Made by a program: the position numbers and the translations under genes
Notes under the pieces: generated by a model
The model's database searches: none
The model's input: the letters and a program-made list of their open reading frames with translations, nothing else
What the model was told of the DNA's origin: nothing
Part shown: positions 37,897 through 52,119 of the stretch, in pieces
Layout of the letters: the number at the start of each line of letters is the position of its first letter
Position numbering within the stretch: the first letter of the stretch is position 1
Assembly (NCBI RefSeq): GCF_006345805.1
Contig: NC_043006.1
Coordinates: 89,590,001 to 89,654,000, forward strand
DNA length: 64,000 bases
Origin: Octopus sinensis
Taxonomy: Eukaryota
Direction: 5' to 3'

Positions 37897-38109
37897 TCTT
37901 TTATTTGTTTCAGTTATTTGACTGTGGCCATGCTGGAGCACCACCTTTAGTCGAGCAAATCGACCCCAGGACTTATTCTTTGCAAGCCTAGTACTTATTC
38001 TATCAGTCTCTCTTGCTGCACCACTAAGCGACGGGGACGTAAACACACCAGCATCAGTTGTCAAGTGATGTTGGGGGCACAAACACAGACACACAAACAT
38101 ATACATACG

Positions 38110-38140
<31 letters not shown>

Positions 38141-38300
38141 GACAGGCTTCTTTCAGTTTCTATCTACCAAATCCACTCACAAGGTTTTGGTCAGCCTGAG
38201 GCTATAGTAGAAGACACTTGCCTAATGTGCCATGCAGTGGGACTGAACCCGGGACCATGTGGTTCGTAAGCAAGCTACTTACCACACAGCCACTCATGCG
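37897..38300 (-). mobile_element. Full family A SINE
   Basis: Reverse complement of 7266-7687. Confidence 0.88.
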
Positions 38301-38449
38301 CCTATATATTACAAAATCATCAACAGACATAATGTGAAATTAGCATATGTGACATCACACAGTCTAGAATACTACATACACAAATTAAATAGCATAAAGC
38401 TCAGTAAGATAAAACTAACAGGAGCTTATCGAAAAACTGCAGATCAAAA

Positions 38450-39000
38450 CATGATAAACAATGCAAATATGAATGATAAAAGCTCCTCCATAACAAGAGC
38501 AGGTCCAGACAGCATTTTACCATTGGAAGTGCAATCCATGACTTAAGGAAAATAAGAACACTGTTGCAGGAGGAAGAAAGAATGTGAGCGTTAATAGATA
38601 ATATAACAGGTAACTGCAGATGGAAAATGAATGCAAATTTAATAACTGCATGGTAAAGAACATGGTTCACAAATGTGTCTATTGGTGGAACTGGAGACAC
38701 CATGAAATATCATTTGCACAATCATCTTACGTCATTTTCCAATAAAAACAAATGGCTCTGTACACCATGATCTAATGGGATTCAGAGGCTGAAATGGAAG
38801 GGAGTGGAGCATACAACCCACTGGTCGATAATAAAAAAAAATGCTAGACCATACAATTGAACACTGCAACTGTGTAACTGATACCAAGAGGAAATCCTAG
38901 AGATCACATCTGGGGAAGACATAATTAATAGACATTCTGAAGTAATTATATCAAGCAGGCATAAGATCAAGGCATCCATCCTAGAATTCAAACAGAGCAT
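38450..39000 (+). pseudogene. Highly degraded LINE RT remnant
   Basis: RAGPDSIL (KAPGPD-like) and MGFRG-like motifs with many stops. Confidence 0.45.
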
Positions 39001-39609
39001 TATGAAACACTAACCGTTACTAGCATCTAATGGAACAAGAGAACATGTAAATGAACTAAACAAAACAAAACAAAAAAAAAACACATTATCTTCCTATTCT
39101 ATGTCACTGTACCACCAGAAGTAATTATAAGGACCCTTTAAAGGAACATTATTTGGCAACTCAGACAATGAGCTTTTACACCAAAATAAGTGCCTTTTGT
39201 GGGTAAGATCAAACCAATAAATTTTACTACTCATCCCAACATCCGCACACACAAATATCAAAACCAGTCTAGCCTGACTACACATTCCTCTCTCTCTCTT
39301 TCATTATTATATTTCCTCTCTCTTTTCATCACCTATTCTTCTCAACCAAATACACACAGAACTACCCACATTGAAGGTTTTGATTGGTGACAATTGATAA
39401 ATATCTTTCAGTTATATATTCGTTGCTTCCAACATTAATGCCGTATCACCTGATGAAATGAATGCATGAACTATGATCCACCTGATGTCCATGGATACTA
39501 TAGATAGTACCGAGATCGTCCCACGAATATGGACGATGAGATTTGTGCAAATGTGCAGAGCAAGGCTTTGAAATATCTATAAATTCCATCCATGGATTAT
39601 TATCATCAT

Positions 39610-39649
<40 letters not shown>

Positions 39650-40362
39650 GTATGTATGTATGTATGCACGTATGTATGTATGTATGGTTTTATACACACA
39701 CACACACACACACATATATATATTGTTTATACAATCTTCTTGTTAGCCAAATTATTCATTTGACTTTCCATGATCACAAATATTCGCCAAGACAGTCATC
39801 AAGCCTCGTCACTTATGAATGAGACCAAATAGATAAAATTTTTGGCTAAACCCATAAAAGATATATTGCTTTATTTTTGTCTTTGTTATTTTTAAATGCT
39901 GGTCGATCTTGATCATGTAGACCTGATATATATACGAGTGTGTCTAGATATGCAACTATATGCATGAGAATACATACATAAAGCAAAACATACAAATCTG
40001 CACATATACGCACATACAAACAAAAACATCCTGTTGTTGATGTTGAGATTCCAATGAAGGAACCTTGGATCTAGGTTACAAACTAGCTCTTTCTTTAATG
40101 ACAAGAAATCTTGAAATAAAACTGAACAATGACATACATACATACATACATATACACACATACAAATTTATCAAATGTAAGCATCTGCACAATATATCTT
40201 ATAAGCACTCCATCAAGGAAAATAAACGAGGCCAACACAATTGGCCAGTGATAGACATAGAAATTCGGGCAATCAGTAGTTAACAAGCAGTCGCTACTTC
40301 AATTTGTGAATTTAAAGCTTAGTTCTAAAGAAAAAATGGATATGTTGTTAAAGAATACTATA

Positions 40363-40549
40363 GAAAAGGCACAAAAGTAATAAATATTCATGCATTTTAT
40401 TCCAGTTAGCTTACATGCATTTCCGATAAAGTTAAAGAATGCAAAGTTCCTTATGTTCTAGTGAACTATGCATTCTTCAGGTTTATCAGAAACATGTGTA
40501 AGCTAACTGGAATAAAATGTCTGAATATCCATTACCTTTGTGCCTTTTT

Positions 40550-40550
<1 letters not shown>
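40363..40550. repeat. ~190-bp imperfect palindrome (MITE-like hairpin)
   Basis: AAAAGGCACAAA..ATTCCAGTTAGCTTACA mirrored by TGTAAGCTAACTGGAAT..TTTGTGCCTTTT. Confidence 0.8.
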
Positions 40551-40589
<39 letters not shown>

Positions 40590-40634
40590 CACATGAATGT
40601 ATGTATATATGTATGTATGTGTGTGTGTGTGTAA

Positions 40635-40673
<39 letters not shown>

Positions 40674-40837
40674 CAAGAAGGGTAGTAATATTATTTACTA
40701 CCAGGTGCCCAGCACAAAAGACGAATTAGTCATAAGACAAAAATATTATTCATATAGAAAAATATTATTCATGTAGTTATACAATTAAGGGCTCCTAAAC
40801 TAAGATGCCGAGTGCTGGGAACACTTATATATATATA

Positions 40838-42213
40838 AAAGGTGTAGGTAGAAACTCTATAAGATGTACCCAGTGTAAGCTATGGACACATAAGAGGTGC
40901 AGCAATGTCAAAGGTAGGCTAACTGGGAAGATAGTTTTTGTATGTGGCAGATGCTCTGGAGCATTGACCTCCGAAAATCTGCAGAAAACAACTTCCGTCG
41001 CTTTCCGGGGGGAAAAACTAGAAGTAGTTGATAGCTTCCGCTATCTAGGTGACCAAGTCAGTAGTGGGGGTGGGTGCGCTGAAAGTGTAGCTGCTAGAAT
41101 AAGAATAGCCTGGGCAAAGTTTAGGGAGCTCTTACCTCTGCTGGTGACTAAAGGCCTCTCGCTCAGAGTAAAAGGCAGACTGTATGATGCATGTGTACGA
41201 ACAGCTATGCTACATGGCAGTGAAACATGGGCCGTGACTGCTGAGGACATGCGTAAGCTCGTGAGGAACGAAGCCAGTATGCTCCGATGGATGTGTAATG
41301 TCAGTGTACTTACTCGACAGAGCGTTAGTACCTTGAGAGAAATGTTGTACCTAAGAAGCATCAGTTGTTGTGTGCAAGAGAGACGATTGCGCTGGTATGG
41401 TCATGTGGCGAGAATGGATGAAGATAGGTGTGTGAGAAAGTGCCAATCCCTAGCAGTTGAGGGAACCCGTGGAAGAGGTAGACCCAGGAAAACCTGGGAC
41501 GAGGTGGTGAAGCACGACCTTCGGACGTTAGGTCTCACCATGGAAATGACTAGAGACCGAGACCTATGGAAGTATGCTGTGCGTGAGAAGACCCGGCAAG
41601 ACTAGTGAAGCCATAATCCGTGGCCCCTACCTGGGACGTAGTCAGTCCACCTGTGCATACCTTCCTTCTTGTGACACTTGTGAAGACCTGTTGAGGCAAG
41701 TGAGTATCGAATCGAATCAAATCAAATAGATGAACATCAATGGAATTTGTATCCTTGTGGTACCAGTGCCGGTGGCACATAAGAAAACCATCCGAACGTG
41801 ACCGTAGCCAGTACTGCAACGACTAGCCTCCGTGCTGAGGGCACGTAACAAACACCATCCGAGCGTGGCCGTCCGCCAGCCTCGTCTGGCACCTGTGTCG
41901 GTGACACATAAGAAAACACCATCCGAGCGTGGCCGTCTGCCAGCCTTGTCTGGCACCTGTGTCGGTGGCACATAAAAAACACCATCCGAGCATGACCGTC
42001 TGCCAGCCTCGTCTGGCACCTGTGTCGGTGGCACATAAAATCACCCACTACACTCTCGGAGTGGTTGGCGTTAGGAAGGGCATCCAGCTGTAGAAACACT
42101 GCCAGATCTGACTGGCCTGGTGCAGCCTTCGGGCTTGCCAGACCCCAGTTGAACCGTCCAACCCATGCTAGCATGGAAAGCGGACGTTAAACGATGATGA
42201 TGTTGATGATGAT
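40838..42213 (+). mobile_element. Young 5'-truncated PHD-RTE copy with an expanded 3' UTR tandem array
   Basis: ORF 40805-41605 is nearly identical to the C-terminal half of 22021-23751; ~59-bp units at ~41853-42040; (GAT)n tail. Confidence 0.95.
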
Positions 42214-42529
42214 ATATATATATATATATATATTATATGTATGTGTGTGTATTATAGAAAATGGAATGAACATTATTTATAATCACTACAATTGTTTAGA
42301 CACATTTTAAAACTTGTAGTTTATTGGTGAGATGTTGTGTAATCATTTTCAGGCATCCAAGGTGTAAAATGCTCCTCTTCAGGTGATTGCTTACATAAGT
42401 CCTTTCTCAGACCTTACTGTCATTTCACTCAGAGTGAGAATTCAGACCCAAAGGGATGTGTCATTTTCAGCAGTTTAAAGACAAAACTAAACCCATACAT
42501 TTAGTGACAGACAAAATACAATCTTTTAT

Positions 42530-42748
42530 CTCTTACTTGTTTCAGTCATTAGACTGCATCCATGCTGGAGTACTACCTTGAAGAATTTTCAGTCAAATGT
42601 ATCGATTGCAGTACTTATTTGTTTAAACGCCTGGTGCTTACGCTATTGGTCTCTTTTACTGAACCACTAAGTTATGAGGACATAAGCCCACCAGCACCAG
42701 TTGTCAAGCAGTGGTGGTGGACTAACAGACACAGAGACACACACACAG

Positions 42749-42783
<35 letters not shown>

Positions 42784-42953
42784 ATATATACAATGGGCTT
42801 CTTTCATTTTCCGTCTACCAAATTCAGTCACAGGGCTTTGGTTGGCCTGAGGCCATAGTAGAAGACACTTGTCCAAGGTGCCATGCAGTAGGACAGAACC
42901 CAGAACCATGTGGTTGGAAAGCAAGCTTCTTACCACACAACCACTTCTGCACC
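42530..42953 (-). mobile_element. Full family A SINE, diverged
   Basis: Reverse complement of 7266-7687. Confidence 0.82.
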
Positions 42954-43050
42954 TACAATTATAAACAAAATACATAAAGTACCCAAGAACTGTGGACCAG
43001 CTTTGCACAGTGTTCTACAAGGTTTTTATTCAAATCTTATTTAACTACAT

Positions 43051-45125
43051 ATCATCATTATCATTTAACATCCATTGTCCATGCTGGCATAGGTTGGACA
43101 GTTTGACCAGGGATGGTAAGTTGGAAGGCCGCACCAGACTCCAGTCTGATTTGGCATAGTTTTCTACAGCTGGATGCCCTTTCTAACACCAACCACTCTG
43201 AAAGTGAAATGGGTTCTTTTACGTGTCACTGGCACAGGGGCTATTTGCATGACACCAGTATCTGCCACAACTGTGATTTTGCTTAGCTTGAAGGATCTTC
43301 TTCTGAAACATGGCATAATGCTAAAGGTTTCGGTCATTGTCTCCATGAGGCCCAACGCTCGAAAGGATCTCAGCCACTTTGCCTCCATGAGGCCCAAGGC
43401 TTGATAGGTGCCCTTTACGTGCCACCTGCATGGGTGCCCTTTACGTGCCACCGGCATCAGCCATGACAAAAATTTCCCTTGACTTGACAAGTCTTCTCAA
43501 GCACAGCATATTATCAAAGATCTCGGTCATTAGTCATTGCCTCTGTGAGGCTTAAAGTTCAAAGATCATGCTTCACCACCTTATCCCATGTCTTCCTGGG
43601 TCTACCTCTACCACAGGTTCCCATTACAGTTAGAGATTGGTACTTCTTTACACAGCTGTCCTCATCTATATGCATTACATGCACATACCATCACAGTCGT
43701 TTCTCTTGCACACCACATCTGATGTTTCTTATGTCAAACTTTTCTCTCAGGATGTTTATACTCTGTTGAACATGCATCACTGCACATCCAGTGAAACAAA
43801 CTAGCTTCATTTCTTTCAAGCCTATGCATGTACCCAGCTGTCACAGCCCATGTTTCACTGCCATGTAGCTTAGCTGTTTGCACACAGGCATCATCCAATC
43901 TGCCTTTCACTCTGAGAGAGAGGTCTTTGTTGGCAGCAGAAGTAGGAGCTCTCTGAACTTTGCCCAGCCTATTCTTATTCTCATAGCTACACTCTCGGAG
44001 CATCCACCTCCACTACTAACTTGGTCACCTGGATAACAGAAGCTGTCTAATACCTCTAGCTTGCTCCACTCGCAGTTGAAGGAGTCTATTTTCTGCACAT
44101 TTTCAGTGTTTACTGTACCTGTGCATCTTCCACATACAAAAGCTAGTTTCCCTGTTAACCTTTCTCTGATATTGCTGCATCTTTTATGTGCTCAAAGCTT
44201 ACATTGGGTGCATCTTATGGAGTTTCTACCAATGTCTTTCCTACAGATCGAGCAGGGCCATCCACCTGAAGGGATTTGTGATTTGTCTGCCTTCCTACTT
44301 ACCAAGACTTTAGTTTTTGCTAGGTTAACTCTAAGGCCCTTCAATTCTAGATCTTGCTTCCATACCTGGAACTTCTTCTCTAGTTCTGATAGGAATTCAA
44401 CAACAGGAGCAAGGTCATCAGCATAGAGGAGCTCCCAGGGGCAGCCTGTCTTAAATACCTCTGCTACTGCTTGGAGGACTATGATGAACAAGAGGGGGCT
44501 TAGGACCGATCCTTGGTGAACCCCTACTTGTACCCTGAATTCTTCACTGTACTCATTGCCAACTATCACCTTACTGGTAGCATCCCTGTACATAGCTTGT
44601 ACAGCTCTCACCAACCACTTATCTTTCCCTAGTTTCCACACTGACAACCAGATAAGGGATTGGGGGACTCTCTCAAAGGCTTTCTCCAAGCTAACAAAGG
44701 CCAAGTACAGAAGTTTATCTTTGGCTATGTATTTCTCCTGCAGCTGCCTTACCAGAAATATAGCATCAGTGGTGCTTCTCCCTGGCACAAGACTAAACTG
44801 CATCTTATCTAAGCTAATTCGATCCTTAATCAGGTGGGCTATGACTCTCTCAGTAACTTTCATCACCTGGTCCAACAATTTGATACTTCTGTAATCATTT
44901 CTATCTAAGGCATCACCTTTACCTTTGTAGCAGCTGATTATTGTGCTGCTACACCAGTCATTGGATATGAATCCTTCATGAACTACCAAATCTACAATAC
45001 GGGTGACTAGACCATAACCCTCATCACCAGATATTTTGAGTATCTCAGCAGTGATTCCAATGGGCTGGGGGCTTTCCCTGAATTCATATCATTAATTGTT
45101 TTATCTACCAAGGAACTGCTGATTC
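43051..45125 (-). mobile_element. Older, frameshifted PHD-RTE copy
   Basis: NDWCSSTIISCYKGKGDALD, VHQGSVLSP, LLYADD, WPCSICRK; stops and frameshifts. Confidence 0.92.
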
Positions 45126-45957
45126 AGGATTATATATATATATATATATATATTATATGTGTGTATGTGTGTTTGTGTATTACTCCAGTGAAGTCAGCCT
45201 GTTGTGACTCTTGCTACTCTGAGTTTCAGCTGTGGGTGCAGAGATTCTTCAGGGAAGTTATGACTGGAAAATGATGGAATTTGCACATCCATCTTTAGGA
45301 TTCCTGTCATAGTGTGGTGGTGATGATGGTGGTAGTGGAGAGAAAAGGTGACAACAATGGAAAAAAGAAGTGACAAAGAGAAGAAAAAAGATTAAAAAGA
45401 AAGGAAAATAAAGAAGGAAAGGAAACAGAAGCAAAGAGAAAAGAAAAAGAGCAAGAAGAGTGTAAGGTGGAGAGGAAAAGAAAGAAATATTTTGATAGGG
45501 AAGAAGGTTTTAGCCATTAGAGAATGATCAAAGAATGTAATGGAAAAATTCAATTGAGAAAGAGTAGATAAACAGAGGAATGAACTTTGGAACGAATGAG
45601 ATTTAAGAATAGAATAGAAAGAGATGAGTGAATAAAGAAATAAATTTTTTAAAATGACAATGGAAATGAAAAGAAAGAGGTATGAACAGCAGGAATGGTC
45701 AAAGATAAGCAGGTAGCAACTGTGGTAATAGAGAATAAACAAAATTTAGAATGATACAAAAAAATATTTAAGGAAGACATTGAATAAATGAAGGACTGTG
45801 TGGTAAGAAGTTTACTTCCTAACCACATGGTCCCAGATTCATTTCCACTGCATGGCATCAAGGACAAATGCCCTCTACTATAGCCCCAGACCGATCAGAG
45901 CCATGTGAATGGGTCTGGTAATGCAGAAACTGAAAGAAGTGTGTGTGGGTGTGTAGG

Positions 45958-46490
45958 TGAAGCCGTGGCCATGTGGTAAGAAACTTGCTTCCCAATCACA
46001 TAGTTCCGAGTTCAGTCCCACTGCGTGGCACCTTGGGCAAGTGTCTTCTACTATAGCCTCAGGCCAACCAAAGCCTTGTGAGTGGATTTGGTTTATGGAA
46101 GCTGAAAGAAGCTTCTCAAATATATATGTATATCATTATCATCATCATCCTTTAACATCCAATTTCCATGCTGGCATGGGTTGGATGGTTTGACTGTAAA
46201 CTGGGGAGCTGCCCCAGGTTCCAATCTGATTTGGAATCTGGCACAGCTCCCCAGCTTACTAGTTTTCAGTCAAACCATCCAACCCATGCCAGCATGGAAA
46301 ACAGACATTACATCGACGTGTTTGTGTTTGTCTCCCAAGAGATCGATGGAATAAGGACCAGGTTTAATAAAAAAAAAGGTCCTGGGGTCGGTTTGTTCAG
46401 CCAAAACCCTTCAAGATCAACATGCAACCATGCTGGGTGCCCCAGCATGGCTGCGGTCAAATGACTGTAACAAGTAAATGATAAAAGGAG
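45958..46490 (+). mobile_element. Family A SINE interrupted in its central microsatellite by an inverted pair of RTE 3' ends
   Basis: Head ~45958-46112, insert ~46135-46315, tail ~46320-46490. Confidence 0.7.
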
Positions 46491-46649
46491 TGTGTTTGTG
46501 TGTGTGTGCGTGTGTGCTAGTACTAAATATTATTGCTAGTCCTGTTAGTAGTTGACGTATAGGTATTATTAGTTGTAGTGGTTATAATATAGTATCAGTG
46601 TGCCTATTAGTGCTTGTGTCAGTTTCAACTGTGCACCCATTACTCTCCG

Positions 46650-47260
46650 AGGTGAGGGGACAATATTATGTATGTTGAAGTTGTTTAAAGTGGTTGGGCC
46701 AGGTTATGTTGGATATGTGACTGTGATCGGTGTTAGTGTTTTCGATGTGTAGCTCTATGGTCAGGTTGTATGCATTTGGAGAGTAAGAGCTAAGTTTACA
46801 TTTGTTAGATGAGATGATAATAGATTCTATATTTGGTGTAAAGGAGTAGGATAATTTCAAAGTGGACCTGTTAAAGACAGAATGATACTTGTGATTCCGT
46901 GGGAAATTAGAGTCTACTATTTTAAAGAGTGCTTTGGTGAGGCCCTTAACGTTTAAAGCAAATTGAGGTATATACCAGACAATAAATCTCCCACCATTTT
47001 TATTATGCAAATTTGGGGAGGTGTGATTCCTACTGTATGTTAGAGGAGAGTTGGAAGGTTTGATATTAGTATTCTTAGATTGAGTTTTATGCGTCTGGGT
47101 GCTAGGTGGGCGAGATTGTTTAACCACAATGGGAGGGTTTGGATATCCAATATGCGTGTATGCTTGCCTAGGTTTAATTTCAGAGAGGTGTTCTTTCCAA
47201 TAATAATAACGTATATGATGTTTGTCTTGCCTTAACGTTTGTTATTCACTTTAACAATTA
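46650..47260 (-). pseudogene. Penelope-like element fragment (RT thumb / linker region, Naiad-like)
   Basis: IVWYIPQFALNV..LFKIVDSNFPRNHKYHSVFNRSTLKLSYSFTPNIESII resembles the WFNPPF..HFP..H..FNR..K.SYSC..N motif. Confidence 0.75.
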
Positions 47261-48099
47261 TATATCTGCTATATCAGAAATCTACAATGGCTCCATAACT
47301 ACCGTCTCAACTATAACCTTGGAGCCCTGGTAATCCATTACAGCATTTACCTAGCATACCTAGTCATTTAGATCACCTGTGAACTAACCCACCATATATA
47401 TATATAAATGTATATACAGAGAGAGATATATGTATGTATATGCATGTGTGTGTATCTATCTATCTGTTTATCTATCTATATATATATTAGTTCACCTATC
47501 ACAAGGCATGTCAGCAACCCTTTGGGGCTTTATAACCCCTCCCACTACACCACTCTACTAGCTTATCTAAATGGTTCCATTTGCTTGGTTAACTTTTTTT
47601 TTCCTAAAGTCTTGACCAGTGTTTTCACATTCTATCTGGTGGCTATTCCCTTAATTGCTTTCTCCACCTCTATATATTTCTGGTTAGGGAGACTCTAAAT
47701 CTAGTCCCCACCTACCCCTCTTCACTCTACTTCCCACTGGTTTTGTATCTCTCTCAGCTATTTATATAAGATAACTGCATGCTTGTAATCTGTATTTCTT
47801 CTCTGTGTCCATGGAGGTGTCCAGTTTTCATGTATGCTGTATGTATAAGTTGCATCTATGGATTGCATTTACAATGCGGTGTTATTTATTACCAAATACT
47901 GAAACATATGTAACAGATGGAATAAAGGAATAACAAGTTCATGCCTATGATTTTTCTCTCATTATTGTTGTGCTCTTTACATTATATTATGGCCGTTCTC
48001 ATATGGCATTGAATTCTTTGGGATCATGCAACAAAGAGTTCAATGAGATTACTATTAAGAACTGCAACCCAAATGGTAAACTTGTGCACTGTGTGCATG

Positions 48100-51000
48100 T
48101 GTGCATGTATGCATACATACATGCATACATACATACATACATACATACATACATACATGATGGCTGTCCACTAGTGACTGAGGAAGACCATTGCTGACCT
48201 TCAGGAACATTGTGCGCTCTAGGACTAACTTATATTTTGCATTTGCGGCTCCATTGAGCCCTGCTCTTGACAAGCATACACGACTGCAAACATTGCAGAC
48301 CAAGCTTTCCCCATTCACTATACAAGCCGTGCGCTTTCGCGCAGCTTGCTTAAGTTCTTCATGCTGGATACGTGCTCTCTCTAAAGTGTTGATCCCCTCC
48401 TTAACCTGCTTCCTCCATCTGTGGCGATGACAGGCATTGTTCTCCCAGTCAGTGTCCTGCATATCACAGGCCTTTAATGAGGACTTGACACAGTCCTTAA
48501 ATCGCAGCCTTGGTTTCTGCCGGAGTCTCCTACCATTCACAAGTTCTCCATAGAGCATCTGCTTAGGAATCCTTCTATCCCACATTCTAATAAGGTGTCC
48601 AGTCCAACGCAACCGGTACTTGTGCACCACTGCCTCAATACTCAAGATATCAGCTGTCCTCAGGATCTGTGTGTCTGGAATTTTTGAGGTCCAGCCAACA
48701 TTGAGAATGTGTCTGAGACATCTCTGATGAAAACGTTCAAGTACCCTTACCTGACGTTTGTACAGAGTCCATGTCTCACATGAGTAGAGAAGCGATGTCA
48801 GTACACAAGCATGGTACACAGCAACTTTTGTTCTCCTTGCGATGCCATGTTGGGACCAGACACGAGACTGAAGAGACCGGAAGGAATTAGTTGCTCTCTG
48901 CAACCTGAAAGATATTCCCTCATCCAGGAAGCAAGAACAGTTGAGAGTGCTGCCCAGGTAGACAAACTTGTCTACTACCTTCAGAATTGTTCCTTCAACC
49001 AAGGTAGCTGGTTCTATATATGGATTTCCTGGTGCAGGCTGGAACATTACAACAGTCTTGTCCAGGCTAATGCTGAGTCCAAATGCCCTGCAAGAAGCAG
49101 AAATGCAATTCATGAGTATTTGCATGTCATCCACTGTATGAGTGACTAAGTCACAGTCATCTGCATAAAGGAGGTCACGAATAATAGACTGGGAAACCTT
49201 TGAATTGGCAGCAAATCGGCGAAGATTAAAGAGGCGGCGAGAAGATTGATATCTGACATATATTCCCAGAGAGCTAACCTTAGCAAAAGCATGAGTAAAA
49301 GTCGCAGCAAAGTACAAAGAAAAGAGAGTTGGGGCAAGGATGTCACCCTGCTTGACACCATTCTCTACAGGAATGGGTCCCGCCATGGCACCATCAACAT
49401 TGACCCAAGCCTCCATCCCATTATGAAATGATTTAATTATAGATATAAAGTGACATCCAAGTTTGCCAAGTATTTTCCATAGCAAGGCTCTATTTACAGT
49501 ATCAAAGGCCTTAGTTAAATCAATGAATACCTGGACAAGATCCATATTCTGCTCATAGCACTTCTGCATTTGTCTTGCTATGAAAATCATATCCATTATC
49601 CCTTTACCAGATTGGAAGCCACATTGAGATTCAGATAGGACATCATTTACGAGACACCCATTCAGACGGGCAAGAAGAATATTTGCCAGAACCTTGCCAG
49701 CAGCTGATAGTAGAGCAATACCTCTGTAGTTACCACACATTGTTCTGGCTCCTTTTCCTTTATATAGAGGAAGAATAATTGCATCCTTCCAGTCCTTAGG
49801 GATTGCACCATCCCTCCAGATTGCATTAATAAGTTCATAAAGGGACTGTGTGATGCAATTACCACCAAATCGCAAGACCTCAGTACAAATTCCATCCTTT
49901 CCAGGTGCCCTGCCAAGATTCAATTTACTTATTGATGTCATTACTTCATCTATTGAGGGCGAGGAGTCTAAGGAGCCAATGATAGGTCTTTGTTTCATAG
50001 TATCAATCACTGTTTCATCCACAACTGACTCATGGTTTAGGAGTTCAGAGAAGTGTTTGATCCAGCGACCTGTGATTTCTGTTGATTTAGTAAACAGAGT
50101 GGAAGACTCCTTGGAAAGCAAAGGAGCTGATGTGGAGCTCTTAGGTCCATAAGCTTGCTTCATAAGATGGTAAAGTTTCTTGCTGTCATTTGCATCAGCA
50201 GCAGCCTGAACATCATGAGCAAGATCCTCCCAGCAAGTGTTCTGCATCTTCCTGAGAGATTGCTGCAGTAGTGATTTTGCACTGTTATAGTGAGCAAGTG
50301 CTACACACTGTGGGCATAGCGCTTTACCACTAATAGTCGTTGAATTTCAGCATCATTCTCATCAAACCAGTCTCAGTGTCTAGCAGTAACATACCCCAGT
50401 GTTTCGGCTGCACATTGAACAACCTGGTCTTGAAAATCTTCCCATGCTGCAGCAGTTTCAATGCTGGACAAGCGAGTCTGAAGCTCTTTTCTAACCACAA
50501 CATCATATACCTTGTGGACATTTGGACGGTGAGGAATGCTGGCTGGTCCTCTTCTCTCTTTCGCCCTAATCACCATTCGGAACTTTGCTCGCACCAGACT
50601 GTGGTCTGTCCAGCATTCTGATCCATGCAAGGACTTGACATTACAACTGTCATAAATGTCGCGCTTGCGGATGATGACATAATTCAGCAAGTGCCAAACT
50701 TTGGACCCTGGATGCATCCATGTTGTTGTGTGATCACCTTTGTGCAAAAAATGAGTGCTTGCAATGTAAAGTCCATGTTCTTCGCAAAGCTCCAGTAGCA
50801 TGAGACCATTGCTATTCATTTTCCCTACTCCAAAACGTCCTAGAGAGTTCCATGTTTGCCAGTCTGTTCCAACTCTGGAATTAAAATCCCCCAGTAGAAT
50901 GACTTTATCAGAATTGGGGATTTTTCTAAGTATGGCTCTCAGCTGGGTATAAAAGATTGTTTTATCTTCATCACAGATAGTCAAAGTAGGTGCATAGGCA

Positions 51001-51680
51001 CTTATTAGAGTAGCAAACCGCTTACCTTTCAAGTGCAACCGTAGGGTCATTATACGTTCATTTATAGGAACAGGGAGCTCTTCCAACTTCTTAAGAATAT
51101 CAGATCGGACTGCAAAAACCAACACCAGCCTCTCTGCGCTCCTCCTTCTGCCTTCCTTTCCAAAAAAAAGTGTATCCACCTCCTACTTCCTCAAGCTGAC
51201 CATCACCTTCTATACGAGTCTCTGAGAGTGCAGCTATATCAATTTTATAACGGTTCAGCTCACGAGCAACAAGTGCAGTGCGTCTTTCAGGCCTGCAATT
51301 ACTCTTGTTGTCCAACAGAGTGCGCACATTCCAACGTGAAATGTTTAAGTTCCGTCCAGATTTTATAGATAAAAGACTCTTTGTTTTTCGAGCGCAGGGT
51401 GGACATCCATCAGTCGCGCTAAACTGACCAGATATGGAAAGACAGGCAATTTTTGGTTCACCTTTTCTAGAACCTCCCCGGTCTCCCGGTGAGCAGTGCC
51501 CTCTCCAAATGGAGCTGCTCAGACACCCATGCAGCAACCGAATCCTACCGCTGTCTTGGGCGATAAGGAGACGACTTTATATCTAGCATGGGCCGCCTAC
51601 ATGCAGGTCGCTGACTACATGCTTCCAACCCATCAGGTCTGCATGCTTCATCACCTTCCCATCGCCACAGGACTTCCGAA
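48100..51680 (-). mobile_element. Second near full-length RTE-BovB-like LINE (a different family from 221-3787), frameshifted, (TATG)n tail
   Basis: WNVRTLLD..IAALSETR, ISAYAPT, LLGDFNSRVG; RT ORF 48055-50247 with SQCGF, DLTKAFD, QGDILAP, LLYADD, FVYLGS; C-terminal CNVCSRVC. Confidence 0.95.
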
Positions 51681-51759
51681 TAAAAAAAATAAAAATAAGT
51701 AAATAAGTAAAAATATATACTAAAAATGAAGAAAATATATATTAAAAATAAAATAAATA

Positions 51760-52115
51760 TACATAGAAAGAAAAAGAAAATGCACATATCGAGCAGAGGT
51801 CGGCAATGCCTGTGCAGAGTTTTAGGTCCAATAAGGCTTGCACAACACCTCATAGAACCTCTCCACTTTATTGACATTATCCAGAGACAAGCCGGAGCAA
51901 GCTGGTGCCAATATGAGTCGCAGGCTCAGGGATGTGGGAGCGCCGTGATCTCTAACACAAACCAAAGATCCCCAAAATGTCCAATGCCATTCCCTGCATA
52001 TCTGGTTTTATATCAGAGTGACCTTCTCCTAGAGGCATGCTTTAACAAAAGCTGAGGGGCGCCTCACTCCCAGTGGTCTTTCAGCATGCTGGACACCACC
52101 CTGGAATTTCTGCAT
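51760..52115 (-). mobile_element. Probable RTE 5'-UTR-related fragment
   Basis: GAGTGACCTTCTCCTAGAGGCATGC..CACTCCCAGTGG resembles 3445-3505. Confidence 0.45.
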
Positions 52116-52119
52116 ACCC

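Noticed and set aside
39445-39530. Two CTGATG motifs and a hairpin followed by GAGA
   Set aside because: Several core mismatches and no stem I; cannot be supported.
41853-42040. Regular repeats suggesting a CRISPR array (also 23828-24018)
   Set aside because: Head-to-tail tandem units with no unique spacers, inside a eukaryotic LINE 3' UTR; no cas genes.
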